64,000 nucleotides of DNA from Patescibacteria group bacterium (GCA_034722035.1 JAYENK010000029.1:5739-69738), one strand, 5' to 3'; positions 1 to 9,509 are shown, numbered from the stretch's first letter. The notes: a model not told the origin generated them from the letters alone. Numbers and translations are program-made.

Positions 1-1225
1 TTTTTCCCGTGATTGGTGCACGGATACTTAAGTCTCCAGCCTGAATCTGGCTTAGATTTAGCTGGCTCCTAGAGCTATCCAAGGAAATCTGAGCGGAGAT
101 TTTTTGTTGACTTGAGCCTTGTTTGGTGTTTTCCAGCGCTACGAGTGAGTTTTCATAGCTTATCCTTGCTGTGCTTAAGCGATTTTCTGCAGAAAGAATT
201 GCGTTATTTAGGCTACTTTCGTCCTGAGTGTTTATTAGGCTAATATTTTGCAAGGTCTGCATTGTTGCTTTGGCGGTTGATACTGAAATAACCATTGAGC
301 TACGTAGACCAATAAAATTAGATTTTTGCGCATTAAGCCAGGTTTCAGTCAGGTCAAGCCCGGTTACAGTGTTATTTAGAAGATTGATCATGTCACTAAC
401 GGCAATTTCGGTTTTTTCCATAGCACTAACTAGCGCGCTTAGATCATTATCGATAGTATTATTATTTGGAGTAATGTTTTTTATATTATCATAAGCTGTC
501 TTTGCATTTTTATATGAAAGCTTAGCACTGGGCAAAGCGCTTAGATTTTTAGCGCCGATTGAGGGATCAAGTAGGATTGAACCTGGACTTAAAGCAGATT
601 CATCTACTTTGATAATTGTATTTATTTGGTCAAGGGCGCTAAAGACAGAATTAAGATAGCCAAAGTATGAAACCACCGCGTTTGTTTTAGCATCTTCATT
701 TGATTTATCGCGTAAGGCTAGATAGTTGTTCAAATTGTCGCGTGCGCTATTTACTCCGATTTCGGCCGCTTCCACCGAGTCAAGCGCGGCTTGCACGCCT
801 AGCTCCGCTTGGCGAACAGTTTCGTTTGCCAGCCGTTCGCTTGCAATTTGATTGTTTTGCATGTTGGCAAAATTTGTTTCCGCGCTAATCAGATTGGTCA
901 GGGTTAGGCTGTCGGAAAGTGAAGCCAGGGCTTGGTTTTGGAAAACTTTGTCATTAACCGAGAAAAAAATATTCCGCACTGTACCCTTGCTAAGAGCAAC
1001 TACATCTATTCTGGTTTTAGCCTTGACTGTGCCCACAGTCTCAAGTACGGCTTTATCGTGCCCGTTTAATTCCAGCTTTACGGTTTTAACTTTTTGCGCT
1101 ACTTCTTCTTTCTTCTCAGCTTCTATATTATTACCAAGCATTGCTTTGGCGCTTAGTATTAACCCGCCTATAAGTAAAATTCCAATAATTATTATATGCG
1201 GTTTTTTAAGTAAATTTTTTATCAT
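1..1225 (-). CDS. Efflux RND/ABC transporter periplasmic adaptor (HlyD/membrane-fusion family), 3' end outside the window
   Basis: Hand translation from ATG at 1225: MIKNLLKKPHIIIIGILLIGG (TM anchor), VGTVKAKTRIDVVALSKGTVRNIFFSVNDKV (lipoyl half), a long coiled coil, and DLSIRAPITGK in the same frame at the window edge. Absent from the ORF track because the stop lies outside. Confidence 0.8.
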   Translation of the reverse strand, partial: MIKNLLKKPHIIIIGILLIGGLILSAKAMLGNNIEAEKKEEVAQKVKTVKLELNGHDKAVLETVGTVKAKTRIDVVALSKGTVRNIFFSVNDKVFQNQALASLSDSLTLTNLISAETNFANMQNNQIASERLANETVRQAELGVQAALDSVEAAEIGVNSARDNLNNYLALRDKSNEDAKTNAVVSYFGYLNSVFSALDQINTIIKVDESALSPGSILLDPSIGAKNLSALPSAKLSYKNAKTAYDNIKNITPNNNTIDNDLSALVSAMEKTEIAVSDMINLLNNTVTGLDLTETWLNAQKSNFIGLRSSMVISVSTAKATMQTLQNISLINTQDESSLNNAILSAENRLSTARISYENSLVALENTKQGSSQQKISAQISLDSSRSQLNLSQIQAGDLSIRAPITGK

Positions 1226-1332
1226 GTTATTTTTTTATAATTATTTTAACCATTCAATTTAAGCAGAAACAGCCCAAAATGTCAATTAAACTAAATTAGA
1301 CTGATACTAAAAAATGTTGTATAATAATAAAT

Positions 1333-2472
1333 ATGAAAACGGTTTATAAATTATCAGATAGAATATTAATTATTATTGTTGGTTTTGCCACGATATTTGT
1401 TTTGTCATCGATTTTTGTATTGCGCGACTCCATAATAAGTGTTTTGATTTTAGGAGCGATTCTTTATATTTTATCTTTTTTTGCATCTTATTTTATTAGT
1501 CGTAATTTTTCCAAAAGGATAATGGCTTTAACTTTTAAAGTTCAGGAAATGGCGGCTGGAAATCTATCAATGCGCCTTAAGCATAATAGTAAAGATGAAA
1601 TTGGTTATTTGAGCAATTCGATTAATGAGTTGATGGGGCGTTTGCAAACTGGCGTCGCTCAAGATGTTTCTAAACATAGGCAACTCAACAAAGCTAAGAC
1701 TGATTTTGTGGCAATTGCTTCACACCAATTGCGCACACCATTATCAATAATTAAATGGTATGTTGATTATTTGATCTGCGAAGACGCGGGTGAAATTAAT
1801 CCAGAGCAAAAAAAATATCTCAAAGAAGTATATAGGAGCAATGAGCGCTTGATTGAGTTGGTTAACGCTCTTTTGGATGTTTCACGAATTGATGTCGGCA
1901 CTTTTTCAATCGACCCGGAATCGACCGATATAATTGAGCGCGCTGAGGCAGCGATTAAAGTTTTGAGTAGAGAGATTGAAAACAAAAAAATTAATTTGAT
2001 TAAAAAGTACGATAAATTTCCTTTATTAAATTTGGATCCGCGCCTTACAAAAATGGTGTTTCAAAATATTTTATCTAATGCGGTTAAATACACGCCGGAA
2101 GCGGGAATTGTAAAAATAGTTATTAAAAAAATCGAGCGTGATATTTTCATTAAAATTTCTGATTCCGGTTGCGGCATTCCCAGAGAAGAACAGCCAAAAA
2201 TGTTTTCCAAAATGTTTCGCGGACTCAACGCCAAGAAGATTGAATCAATCGGCACCGGCCTGGGGCTCTATATAGTAAAAGCGATTGTAGAGAAATCCGG
2301 AGGGAAAATTTGGTTTCACTCACCATCATTGGAACTTCTCTTGGCTCCGGGAAAAAATGATTCTGACATTCCTCTTGACAAAAGAAATCAAGGAACTACA
2401 ATTAATATAACAATACCGCTCAAGGGAATGAAAAGGAGGGCGGGCACGAAGAAGCTCACAAGTATTTCTTAG
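1333..2472 (+). CDS. HAMP-domain sensor histidine kinase
   Basis: Two N-terminal TM helices, HAMP (DEIGYLSNSINEL), H-box ASHQLRTPL, N-box NAVKY, DSGCGI and GTGLGL. Confidence 0.92.
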   Translation: MKTVYKLSDRILIIIVGFATIFVLSSIFVLRDSIISVLILGAILYILSFFASYFISRNFSKRIMALTFKVQEMAAGNLSMRLKHNSKDEIGYLSNSINELMGRLQTGVAQDVSKHRQLNKAKTDFVAIASHQLRTPLSIIKWYVDYLICEDAGEINPEQKKYLKEVYRSNERLIELVNALLDVSRIDVGTFSIDPESTDIIERAEAAIKVLSREIENKKINLIKKYDKFPLLNLDPRLTKMVFQNILSNAVKYTPEAGIVKIVIKKIERDIFIKISDSGCGIPREEQPKMFSKMFRGLNAKKIESIGTGLGLYIVKAIVEKSGGKIWFHSPSLELLLAPGKNDSDIPLDKRNQGTTINITIPLKGMKRRAGTKKLTSIS

Positions 2473-2506
2473 TATTAATTAATGTTTAACATAATTTACT
2501 AATTAT

Positions 2507-2878
2507 ATGTCTAAACCAAAAATTTTAATAGTCGAAGACGAGCTTTCTTTGGTAGAAGCTTTAAATCGCAAATTTAGTCAGGCCGGGTTTGAAATTTTGG
2601 AGGCAAATGACGGTGAAATTGGTCTTAAGACGGCCTTGAAAGAAAAGCCAGACGTGGTAATGCTTGATATTTTAATGCCGAAAATGGATGGAATTGAGGC
2701 TATGAAGCAGATTAGGCAAGATAAAAAATGGGGTAAGCGCGTACCGATTATTATGTTGACTAACGTCAATGATTCAACTACTGTTAGTGAAGCGGCAAAT
2801 TATCAGGTTTTTGATTTTTTGATAAAAACCGATTGGCGCCTAGACGATATTGTGGATCTGGTCAAATCAAAATTATAA
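2507..2878 (+). CDS. Single-domain response regulator (REC only)
   Basis: ILIVEDE, MLDILMPKMDG, IIMLTN, FLIK. Confidence 0.92.
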   Translation: MSKPKILIVEDELSLVEALNRKFSQAGFEILEANDGEIGLKTALKEKPDVVMLDILMPKMDGIEAMKQIRQDKKWGKRVPIIMLTNVNDSTTVSEAANYQVFDFLIKTDWRLDDIVDLVKSKL

Positions 2879-2884
2879 ATATTT

Positions 2885-2986
2885 ATGTTGTTTGATCCAC
2901 AAAGAGCCGGTTTTAGTTTTGCCAAAATTATTTTCATACAAATCGTAATGCTGGGAACGATTATATTTTTTATAATTAATTTATAA
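2885..2986 (+). CDS. 33-aa hydrophobic peptide with a prepilin-like N-terminus
   Basis: MLFDPQRAGFSFAKIIFIQIVMLGTIIFFIINL*, starting 6 nt after the regulator stop and ending at a long palindrome; below the ORF-track cutoff. Confidence 0.4.
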   Translation: MLFDPQRAGFSFAKIIFIQIVMLGTIIFFIINL

Positions 2987-2987
2987 T

Positions 2988-3053
2988 AAAAAATACTCGT
3001 TATTTTGTAGAAATGCGATTAATTGCGTTTCTACAAAATAACGAGTATTTTTT
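2988..3053. terminator. 66-bp near-perfect palindrome; probable bidirectional terminator with a REP-like core
   Basis: 33-nt arms with only two G-U-compatible mismatches, A and T tails, between convergent ORFs. Confidence 0.7.
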
Positions 3054-3061
3054 TGTTTATT

Positions 3062-3232
3062 TTAATCTTTTGCCTTTGTTTTTAAACACTTAGTGCAAAT
3101 TGATAATTTTTTGCCGTCAATTTTTTTTGATTGCAAATTTATATTCTGCCTTTTGATAGTTTTAATATTAGAATGAGAACGGCTAGCACCCTTGGTAGAG
3201 CTTCGTCCGCAAAGATTACATTGTTTACTCAT
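3062..3232 (-). CDS. rpmB: 50S ribosomal protein L28 (short, zinc-ribbon type)
   Basis: Hand translation MSKQCNLCGRSSTKGASRSHSNIKTIKRQNINLQSKKIDGKKLSICTKCLKTKAKD* (56 aa; CxxC, RSHS, NLQ, ICTKC). Confidence 0.93.
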   Translation of the reverse strand: MSKQCNLCGRSSTKGASRSHSNIKTIKRQNINLQSKKIDGKKLSICTKCLKTKAKD

Positions 3233-3347
3233 TTTGTTTGTATATTATTTTTTTATTCTTTAATACAGAATTCACTCTAACATGTTTTACAAAAATAATC
3301 AATACTGTTATAGTTTAGGTTATAAATAATTAAATTTATTAATTAAT

Positions 3348-3956
3348 ATGGATTTTAATATAATATTATTTCAGATAGTGACTCTAATTTTTTCTGCGAT
3401 TATTCATGAGTATATGCATGGCTGGATGGCAGACCGACTTGGTGACACTACCGCAAAAGATGCCGGACGCCTAACTCTCAATCCGATTTCACATATCGAT
3501 CCTTTGGGCTCGATTCTACTGCCGGCTCTACTTGTTTTTTCCGGAGCCGGTTTTGTCTTTGGTTGGGCTAAGCCGGTGCCATACAACCCATATAATTTAA
3601 GTGACAAAAAGTACGGTAGCGCTAAGGTAGCGGCTGCCGGGCCATTGGCTAATCTATTTACTGCAATATTTTTTGGTCTTATTTTGCGTTTTTTCCCTTT
3701 TGTCAATGTCGAGCTAAGCACCCTCTTCATTATAATTGTCCAGATTAATATTTTATTAATGGTATTTAATTTGGTACCGATTCCTCCGCTCGACGGTTCT
3801 AAAGTTGTGATGCCATTTCTTCCTTATAACCTACAAGAATCTTACGCTAAACTTGAGCGTTATGGCATGATTTTGGTTTTTGTTTTTATTATGTTCGGCT
3901 TTAATTTAATTATTCCAATAATGAATTTTTTACTTAAGCTGATTATTGGGTTTTGA
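3348..3956 (+). CDS. Site-2 protease (M50 family intramembrane metalloprotease)
   Basis: HEYMH, GRLTLNP, FGWAKPVP, AAAGPLAN, FNLVPIPPLDG. Confidence 0.93.
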   Translation: MDFNIILFQIVTLIFSAIIHEYMHGWMADRLGDTTAKDAGRLTLNPISHIDPLGSILLPALLVFSGAGFVFGWAKPVPYNPYNLSDKKYGSAKVAAAGPLANLFTAIFFGLILRFFPFVNVELSTLFIIIVQINILLMVFNLVPIPPLDGSKVVMPFLPYNLQESYAKLERYGMILVFVFIMFGFNLIIPIMNFLLKLIIGF

Positions 3957-3960
3957 TCAC

Positions 3961-3989
3961 TTGACATATTTATAAGTTTTTGATAAATT
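3961..3989 (+). promoter_or_regulatory. Sigma70-type promoter of the str operon
   Basis: TTGACA-17 nt-TAAATT with an extended -10 TG. Confidence 0.6.
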
Positions 3990-4008
3990 AAAAGAGCAAA
4001 TAAATACA

Positions 4009-4175
4009 AAAACATCCTCTGTTTAAGGGGGTGATTTTAGTTATCGGCTTCGCCGACCCGCCACTACGAATGCGGGACATGCGAATGTCTGTGAAGCTTT
4101 GATTGAATATTATTAGATAAATAAATAATTTATTCGGATGTGCCCTATTTGTAGAGGGGCTTTCCCGAAGGGAAA
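4009..4175 (+). promoter_or_regulatory. Structured 5' leader of rpsL (series of hairpins)
   Basis: Stems at 4013-4033, 4044-4056, 4057-4076, 4077-4088 (GCGA loop), 4142-4160 and 4161-4175. Confidence 0.5.
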
Positions 4176-4179
4176 TAAC

Positions 4180-4599
4180 ATGCCTACAGTAAATCAATTG
4201 GTCCGAAAAGGACGAAAACAAATAAAAACCAAAAGTAAATTTCCCGCTTTGCAAACTACTCTGGATACCCTGCATCGAAAACGAACTGAACTTAAACGCG
4301 GAGCGCCTTTTAAACGCGGAGTTTGTCTTAAAGTGACAACTACTACACCGAAAAAACCGAATTCAGCTCTTAGAAAAATTGCTCGTGTACGCTTGTCTAA
4401 CGGTATGGAAGTGACCGCCTATATTCCGGGAATGGGACATAATTTACAAGAGCATTCAATTGTGCTTTTGAAGGGTGGGAGAACAAAAGATCTTCCCGGT
4501 GTTCGCTATAAAATAGTGCGCGGTGTTTATGATACGCAAGGCGTAGAAGGACGTAAACAATCGCGTTCAAGCTATGGTGTTAAAAAAGAGAAAAAATAA
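4180..4599 (+). CDS. rpsL: 30S ribosomal protein S12
   Basis: [36 protein letters not shown]; start moved to ATG at 4180. Confidence 0.98.
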   Translation: MPTVNQLVRKGRKQIKTKSKFPALQTTLDTLHRKRTELKRGAPFKRGVCLKVTTTTPKKPNSALRKIARVRLSNGMEVTAYIPGMGHNLQEHSIVLLKGGRTKDLPGVRYKIVRGVYDTQGVEGRKQSRSSYGVKKEKK

Positions 4600-4720
4600 A
4601 GTTTATAAATTCACGAATTAGAACACAAATTCACAAATAATATAAAGAGAAGATTAAATAATTGAGTGCTTTGTGAAGAACTATCTATCTCAGATAGAGT
4701 AATAAAGCGCTAAAAAAGTT

Positions 4721-5188
4721 ATGCGAGGAAAACAAGCTCCAAAAAGAAAAATTGACGGTGATCTTAGGTACAATGACACCGATATAGCCAAATTTATTAA
4801 TTATTTAATGAAAGATGGCAAAAAAGCCACAGCGCAAAAAGTAGTTTATGGTGCTTTTGATATTGTAAAAGAAAAGACCAAACAGGACCCACGCCACGTT
4901 TTCAATAAAGCGCTTAAGCGCATTATGCCACTCTTGGAAGTGCGTGGTCGTAGGATTGGCGGAGCTAATTATCAGATTCCTTATCAAGTGCGAGGAGATC
5001 GACGCTATGTACTTGGTTGTCGTTGGCTAATTGAGGCGGCTAATGATCGCAAAGGAGCACCGATGACAAAAAAATTAGCAGATGAAATTTTGGCCGCAAC
5101 CGAAGGTGAAGGAAATGCTGTTAAAAAACGAGAAACCGTTCAAAAACAAGCTGAGGCCAACAAAGCTTTTGCTCATTTTGCACGATAA
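4721..5188 (+). CDS. rpsG: 30S ribosomal protein S7
   Basis: GKKATAQ, RRIGGANYQIP, AEANKAFAHF. Confidence 0.98.
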   Translation: MRGKQAPKRKIDGDLRYNDTDIAKFINYLMKDGKKATAQKVVYGAFDIVKEKTKQDPRHVFNKALKRIMPLLEVRGRRIGGANYQIPYQVRGDRRYVLGCRWLIEAANDRKGAPMTKKLADEILAATEGEGNAVKKRETVQKQAEANKAFAHFAR

Positions 5189-5196
5189 TTTAAAAC

Positions 5197-5388
5197 ATGA
5201 AGTCCGCTCTTTGTTCGAATCAATCCGGTTCAGCTTTAATTGCTATAATGATAGTGATTATTGTTATAGCGGTCCTTGTTTATGGGAGCGTATTTTTTTT
5301 CAAGAATGATGCGAATGTACATTCACCCAGCGGAGCAATCAAAGCTTTGGATCAAGCGAAAAAAGACATTGAAAGAATTAATCAATAA
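5197..5388 (+). CDS. Small membrane-anchored protein with a type IV prepilin-like leader
   Basis: NQSG|SALIAIMIVIIVIAVLVYG hydrophobic helix; fills the rpsG-fusA gap. Confidence 0.6.
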   Translation: MKSALCSNQSGSALIAIMIVIIVIAVLVYGSVFFFKNDANVHSPSGAIKALDQAKKDIERINQ

Positions 5389-5436
5389 GTATGTTTAACA
5401 TTTAATACTAGATATTTTATACTAAATATTAAAAAT

Positions 5437-7530
5437 ATGGCACGAGAATATTTATTGGATAAAATTAGAAATATTGGCATCATGGCACATATTGATGCCG
5501 GTAAAACCACTTTTACCGAGCGGGTGCTTTTTTATACTGGTAAAAAACATAAAATCGGTGAAACTCATGACGGTGCTGCTGATATGGACTGGATGGAGCA
5601 AGAAAAAGAGCGGGGGATTACTATTACTTCGGCCGCGACTACTTGTTTTTGGAAGGATAACCGTGTCAATATCATTGATACTCCCGGACATGTTGACTTT
5701 ACCGTAGAAGTAGAGCGAAGTTTGCGTGTTTTGGACGGCGCTATTGCTGTTTTTGACGGTTCAGCCGGAGTTGAGCCACAAAGTGAGACAGTTTGGCGAC
5801 AGGCTGATAAATATAGGGTGCCGCGCCTTTGTTTTGTGAATAAAATGGACAAGATGGGCGCCGATTTCAAGATGTCAATGGATTCAATCCATGAGCGTCT
5901 TAGCACTAAGGCAGTTGCTTTTCAGCTTCCAATCGGAGCAGAGGATGATATGCGCGGCGTAGTTGATCTCTTAACCGAGAAAGCCTACGAATTTAAGGGT
6001 AGTTTTGGTGAGAAGATTAATGAAATTGATGTTCCTGCCGACATGAAAACTGATATCAAAGAGTTTCGTTCAAAAATGATTGAACGAATTGTTGAATCAG
6101 ACGAAAATACAATGGAAAAATATCTTGGTGGTGAGGACATTAGTATTGAAGAGTTAAAAATGGCTACTAGAAAGGGCGTTATTGCCAATGAATTATTCCC
6201 GGTTTTTGTTGGAACAGCCTTACAAAATATTGGCGTGCAACTTGTTTTGGATGCGGTAGTAGATTATTTGCCGTCTCCGTTAGATGTGCCGGCACTTGAA
6301 GGTTCTGCTGTTGATGATGAAGAGAAAAAGATTGAAATTAAGACTGACGATGACGGATCTTTTACGGCTTTGGCCTTTAAAGTGGCGACTGATCCTTTTG
6401 TGGGAAAACTTTGTTTTATTAGGGTCTACCGAGGAACACTGCAGTCCGGTTCATATATTGTTAATGCTTCAACCGGCAAAAAAGAAAGAATTGGACGAAT
6501 TATGCGCATGCACGCGAATCATAGGGAAGAAGTAAAAGAAATTTATGCCGGCGATATTGCGGCTGTAATCGGATTAAAAGCCACTATTACCGGGAATACT
6601 TTGTGTGCTGAAGGAGAGGAACTTTTGCTGGAGACAATTATATTTCCCGAGCCGGTTATCAAAATTGCGGTTGAGCCAAAGACCAAAGCTGATCAAGAAA
6701 AAATGGGCATTGCCTTACAGCGTTTAGCTGAAGAAGATCCAACTTTTCGTATTGAAACGGATGAAGAAACCAATCAAACACTTATTTCCGGTATGGGCGA
6801 ATTACATTTAGATATTATTATTGACAGAATGAAGCGTGAATTTAAAGTTGAGGCTAATGTTGGACAACCTCAAGTGAGTTATCGTGAAACCATTAGAGAA
6901 AAAACCGAATATGAAAGTAAATATATTAAACAATCTGGTGGACGGGGCCAATATGGCCACTGCTGGCTTCGAGTAGAACCGCAGGAAAAAGAACTTGAAT
7001 CTGAGTTTGTAGACGAAATTAAAGGCGGAGTAATTCCAAAGGAATATATTCCGGCGATACAAAAGGGCGTGATTGAAGCGAGCGAGCAAGGCGTTTTAGC
7101 CGGTTTCCCCTTAGTTGGCATCAAGACAACCGTTTTTGACGGCTCTTATCATGACGTTGATTCGTCTGAAGCAGCTTTTAAGATGGCGGCTATTCTTGGG
7201 TTCAAAGAGGCTTGTCGTCGAGCTAAGGTGATTTTACTTGAGCCGATTATGAAAGTGGAAGTAGTGACTCCGGAGGAGTATATGGGTAATATCGTTGGAG
7301 ATTTACACTCAAAGCGCGGGCAAATCGGACAAATGATTGACAGAGGTAAGGCAAAAGTGATTGACGCGATGGTACCGCTTAGAGAAATGTTTGGCTATGC
7401 CACTCAGCTTCGTTCTATGAGCCAGGGTCGAGCTAATTATAGCATGGGATTTGATCATTATTCAGAAACACCAAAAAGCGTATCCGAAGAAATAATCGGA
7501 GACAAGGCCAAGGAAAAGGTATCGAATTAG
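5437..7530 (+). CDS. fusA: Elongation factor G
   Basis: [36 protein letters not shown]. Confidence 0.98.
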   Translation: MAREYLLDKIRNIGIMAHIDAGKTTFTERVLFYTGKKHKIGETHDGAADMDWMEQEKERGITITSAATTCFWKDNRVNIIDTPGHVDFTVEVERSLRVLDGAIAVFDGSAGVEPQSETVWRQADKYRVPRLCFVNKMDKMGADFKMSMDSIHERLSTKAVAFQLPIGAEDDMRGVVDLLTEKAYEFKGSFGEKINEIDVPADMKTDIKEFRSKMIERIVESDENTMEKYLGGEDISIEELKMATRKGVIANELFPVFVGTALQNIGVQLVLDAVVDYLPSPLDVPALEGSAVDDEEKKIEIKTDDDGSFTALAFKVATDPFVGKLCFIRVYRGTLQSGSYIVNASTGKKERIGRIMRMHANHREEVKEIYAGDIAAVIGLKATITGNTLCAEGEELLLETIIFPEPVIKIAVEPKTKADQEKMGIALQRLAEEDPTFRIETDEETNQTLISGMGELHLDIIIDRMKREFKVEANVGQPQVSYRETIREKTEYESKYIKQSGGRGQYGHCWLRVEPQEKELESEFVDEIKGGVIPKEYIPAIQKGVIEASEQGVLAGFPLVGIKTTVFDGSYHDVDSSEAAFKMAAILGFKEACRRAKVILLEPIMKVEVVTPEEYMGNIVGDLHSKRGQIGQMIDRGKAKVIDAMVPLREMFGYATQLRSMSQGRANYSMGFDHYSETPKSVSEEIIGDKAKEKVSN

Positions 7531-7557
7531 CAATATTATTTATACAGAGATATTAGA

Positions 7558-7586
7558 TTGACGAATATGATTTTATCCTATATAAT
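7558..7586 (+). promoter_or_regulatory. Internal sigma70 promoter upstream of the acidic ORF and tuf
   Basis: TTGACG-17 nt-TATAAT. Confidence 0.65.
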
Positions 7587-7611
7587 ACAAAAGTAATAAT
7601 TTGATATAAAT

Positions 7612-8088
7612 ATGGAAAATCAGTTGCAAAAAGCTTTAAGTTTAAGCAAAAAAACCGGAGATATATTGCTCGTATTTAATGCGAGTGGGGATACCGATCC
7701 CTTTGTATTGATGGACTTGGATGCGTATGAAAAAATTATTATTGGTAAAAGCGAGGTACGCGGGCTTTCTGAGGACGAATTATTAGACAAGATAAACCGT
7801 GATATTGCGATTTGGCGCAGTGAAAATAATAGTGTTGAAACGAACAGCAAACGTAATATTAGTGATTTTGAAACAAAATCATTTGTGCCGGTGGGTGATG
7901 TAATCGATGAACGCTGGGGCGATGATTTTGATGATAGTGCAGACGATGAATTTGGGGATATGTTTGATGACAATGATTTGGATGATAAAGAAAAGGACAA
8001 TAAAAACCCCTGGAAGATTCCCAGCGAACGCAAGCAAGCAGCCGAAGAGATTGTTGACGAAGATTTGCAATATTTAGAAAAAATTTAG
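7612..8088 (+). CDS. Hypothetical acidic protein with a Phd/YefM-like N-terminal segment
   Basis: 158-aa ORF between fusA and tuf; TGDILLVF...PFVLMDLDAYEK followed by an Asp/Glu-rich tail. Confidence 0.75.
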   Translation: MENQLQKALSLSKKTGDILLVFNASGDTDPFVLMDLDAYEKIIIGKSEVRGLSEDELLDKINRDIAIWRSENNSVETNSKRNISDFETKSFVPVGDVIDERWGDDFDDSADDEFGDMFDDNDLDDKEKDNKNPWKIPSERKQAAEEIVDEDLQYLEKI

Positions 8089-8134
8089 ATATAAAACTTA
8101 AAACAAAAATAATTTAATTAATAAATTTAATTCT

Positions 8135-8247
8135 GTACGGCTGGTTCCCCATTATTCGTCTTGTCGTTTGTGAACGACGAGATTTCACGAGTGACGGGGT
8201 AAAAACTCCGAGGTTATTTAAAAATAATAATTTTTTGGGGGCCGTGC
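8135..8247 (+). promoter_or_regulatory. Candidate structured RNA leader of tuf
   Basis: Closing helix 8135-8142/8240-8247 encloses a long stem 8147-8199 and a weaker stem 8206-8240. Confidence 0.55.
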
Positions 8248-8255
8248 CAATTTAC

Positions 8256-9443
8256 ATGGCAGAAAAATTTGAACGCACAAAGCCCCATGTAAACGTTGGT
8301 ACTATTGGCCACGTTGATCATGGGAAGACAACATTAACCGCTGCTATCTTAAAAGTGTTAGCGGCAAAAGGACTAAGCGCTTCCAATAAGGAGCTTGATC
8401 AAATTGATGCGGCACCGGAAGAAAAGGAGCGTGGTATTACCATTGCGACCGCTCATGTTGAGTATGAAACCGAAAAACGGCATTATGCCCACGTTGATTG
8501 TCCAGGGCACGCCGATTATGTTAAAAATATGATTACAGGAGCCGCTCAAATGGATGGATCCATTTTAGTGGTAGCTGCAACTGACGGTCCAATGCCTCAA
8601 ACCAGAGAACATATTCTTTTGGCCAATCAGGTTGGTGTAAAAAATATAGTTGTATTTTTAAATAAATGCGATATGGTTGAGGATAAAGAATTAATTGATT
8701 TGGTTGAAGAAGAAGTTCGTGATCTTCTTAAGAAATATGATTTTGACGGAGACAATATTAAAATTATTCGCGGGAGTGCCTTAAAAGCTTTGGAAGGTCC
8801 AGAAGGGGACGATGCTAATTCGGTAATGGAACTTATGACAGCGCTTGATGAAACTATTCCCGAACCAAAACGCGATGTTGACCAAACTTTCTTGCTTCCG
8901 ATTGAAGATGTATTTTCAATTGAAGGACGAGGAACTGTGGTTACCGGCCGTATCGAGCGTGGTAAGATAAAAGTTGGTGAAGAAATTGAAATTGTTGGTT
9001 TAAAAGACACTGCCAAAACTACCGTTACTGGCGTTGAAATGTTTAACAAACAATTAGATGAAGGTTTGGCTGGAGACAATGCTGGTATTCTACTTCGTGG
9101 TACCAAAAAAGATGAGGTTGAACGTGGCCAGGTTTTAGCTAAACCAGGTTCAATTACTCCTCATACTGAATTTGAAACAGAGGTTTATATTTTGTCAAAA
9201 GATGAGGGGGGGCGCCACAAACCATTTTTCAAAGGCTATAAACCACAGTTTTATATCCGTACTACCGACGTAACCGGTGAAATTGAATTGCCGGAAGGAA
9301 CTGAAATGGTAATGCCGGGCGACACGGTTAATTTAAAAGTTAAATTAATTAGTCCGATTGCCTTGGAAGAAAAAATGAAATTTGCTATCCGTGAAGGCGG
9401 ACGCACGGTTGGCGCCGGTGTAGTTGTTAAAATTATCAAATAG
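8256..9443 (+). CDS. tuf: Elongation factor Tu
   Basis: [43 protein letters not shown]; start moved to 8256. Confidence 0.98.
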   Translation: MAEKFERTKPHVNVGTIGHVDHGKTTLTAAILKVLAAKGLSASNKELDQIDAAPEEKERGITIATAHVEYETEKRHYAHVDCPGHADYVKNMITGAAQMDGSILVVAATDGPMPQTREHILLANQVGVKNIVVFLNKCDMVEDKELIDLVEEEVRDLLKKYDFDGDNIKIIRGSALKALEGPEGDDANSVMELMTALDETIPEPKRDVDQTFLLPIEDVFSIEGRGTVVTGRIERGKIKVGEEIEIVGLKDTAKTTVTGVEMFNKQLDEGLAGDNAGILLRGTKKDEVERGQVLAKPGSITPHTEFETEVYILSKDEGGRHKPFFKGYKPQFYIRTTDVTGEIELPEGTEMVMPGDTVNLKVKLISPIALEEKMKFAIREGGRTVGAGVVVKIIK

Positions 9444-9509
9444 GCTGATATTTAATCCTGTCATTTGCGAATGACAGGACAATAATATTTGTTTAATTAA
9501 TTTATTATA

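Noticed and set aside
228-1262. Plus-strand ORFs 228-494, 700-888 and 852-1262
   Set aside because: Shadows of the minus-strand adaptor gene that runs off the window.
4138-4179. Upstream start extensions in the ORF track for rpsL, tuf, map, U32 and porD
   Set aside because: The extensions run through RNA hairpins, REP-like or repeat sequence, and family-typical N-termini begin at the downstream ATG.
8135-8247. tRNA gene upstream of tuf
   Set aside because: No T-loop GTTCGA, no D-loop and no cloverleaf dimensions; kept as a candidate leader RNA instead.
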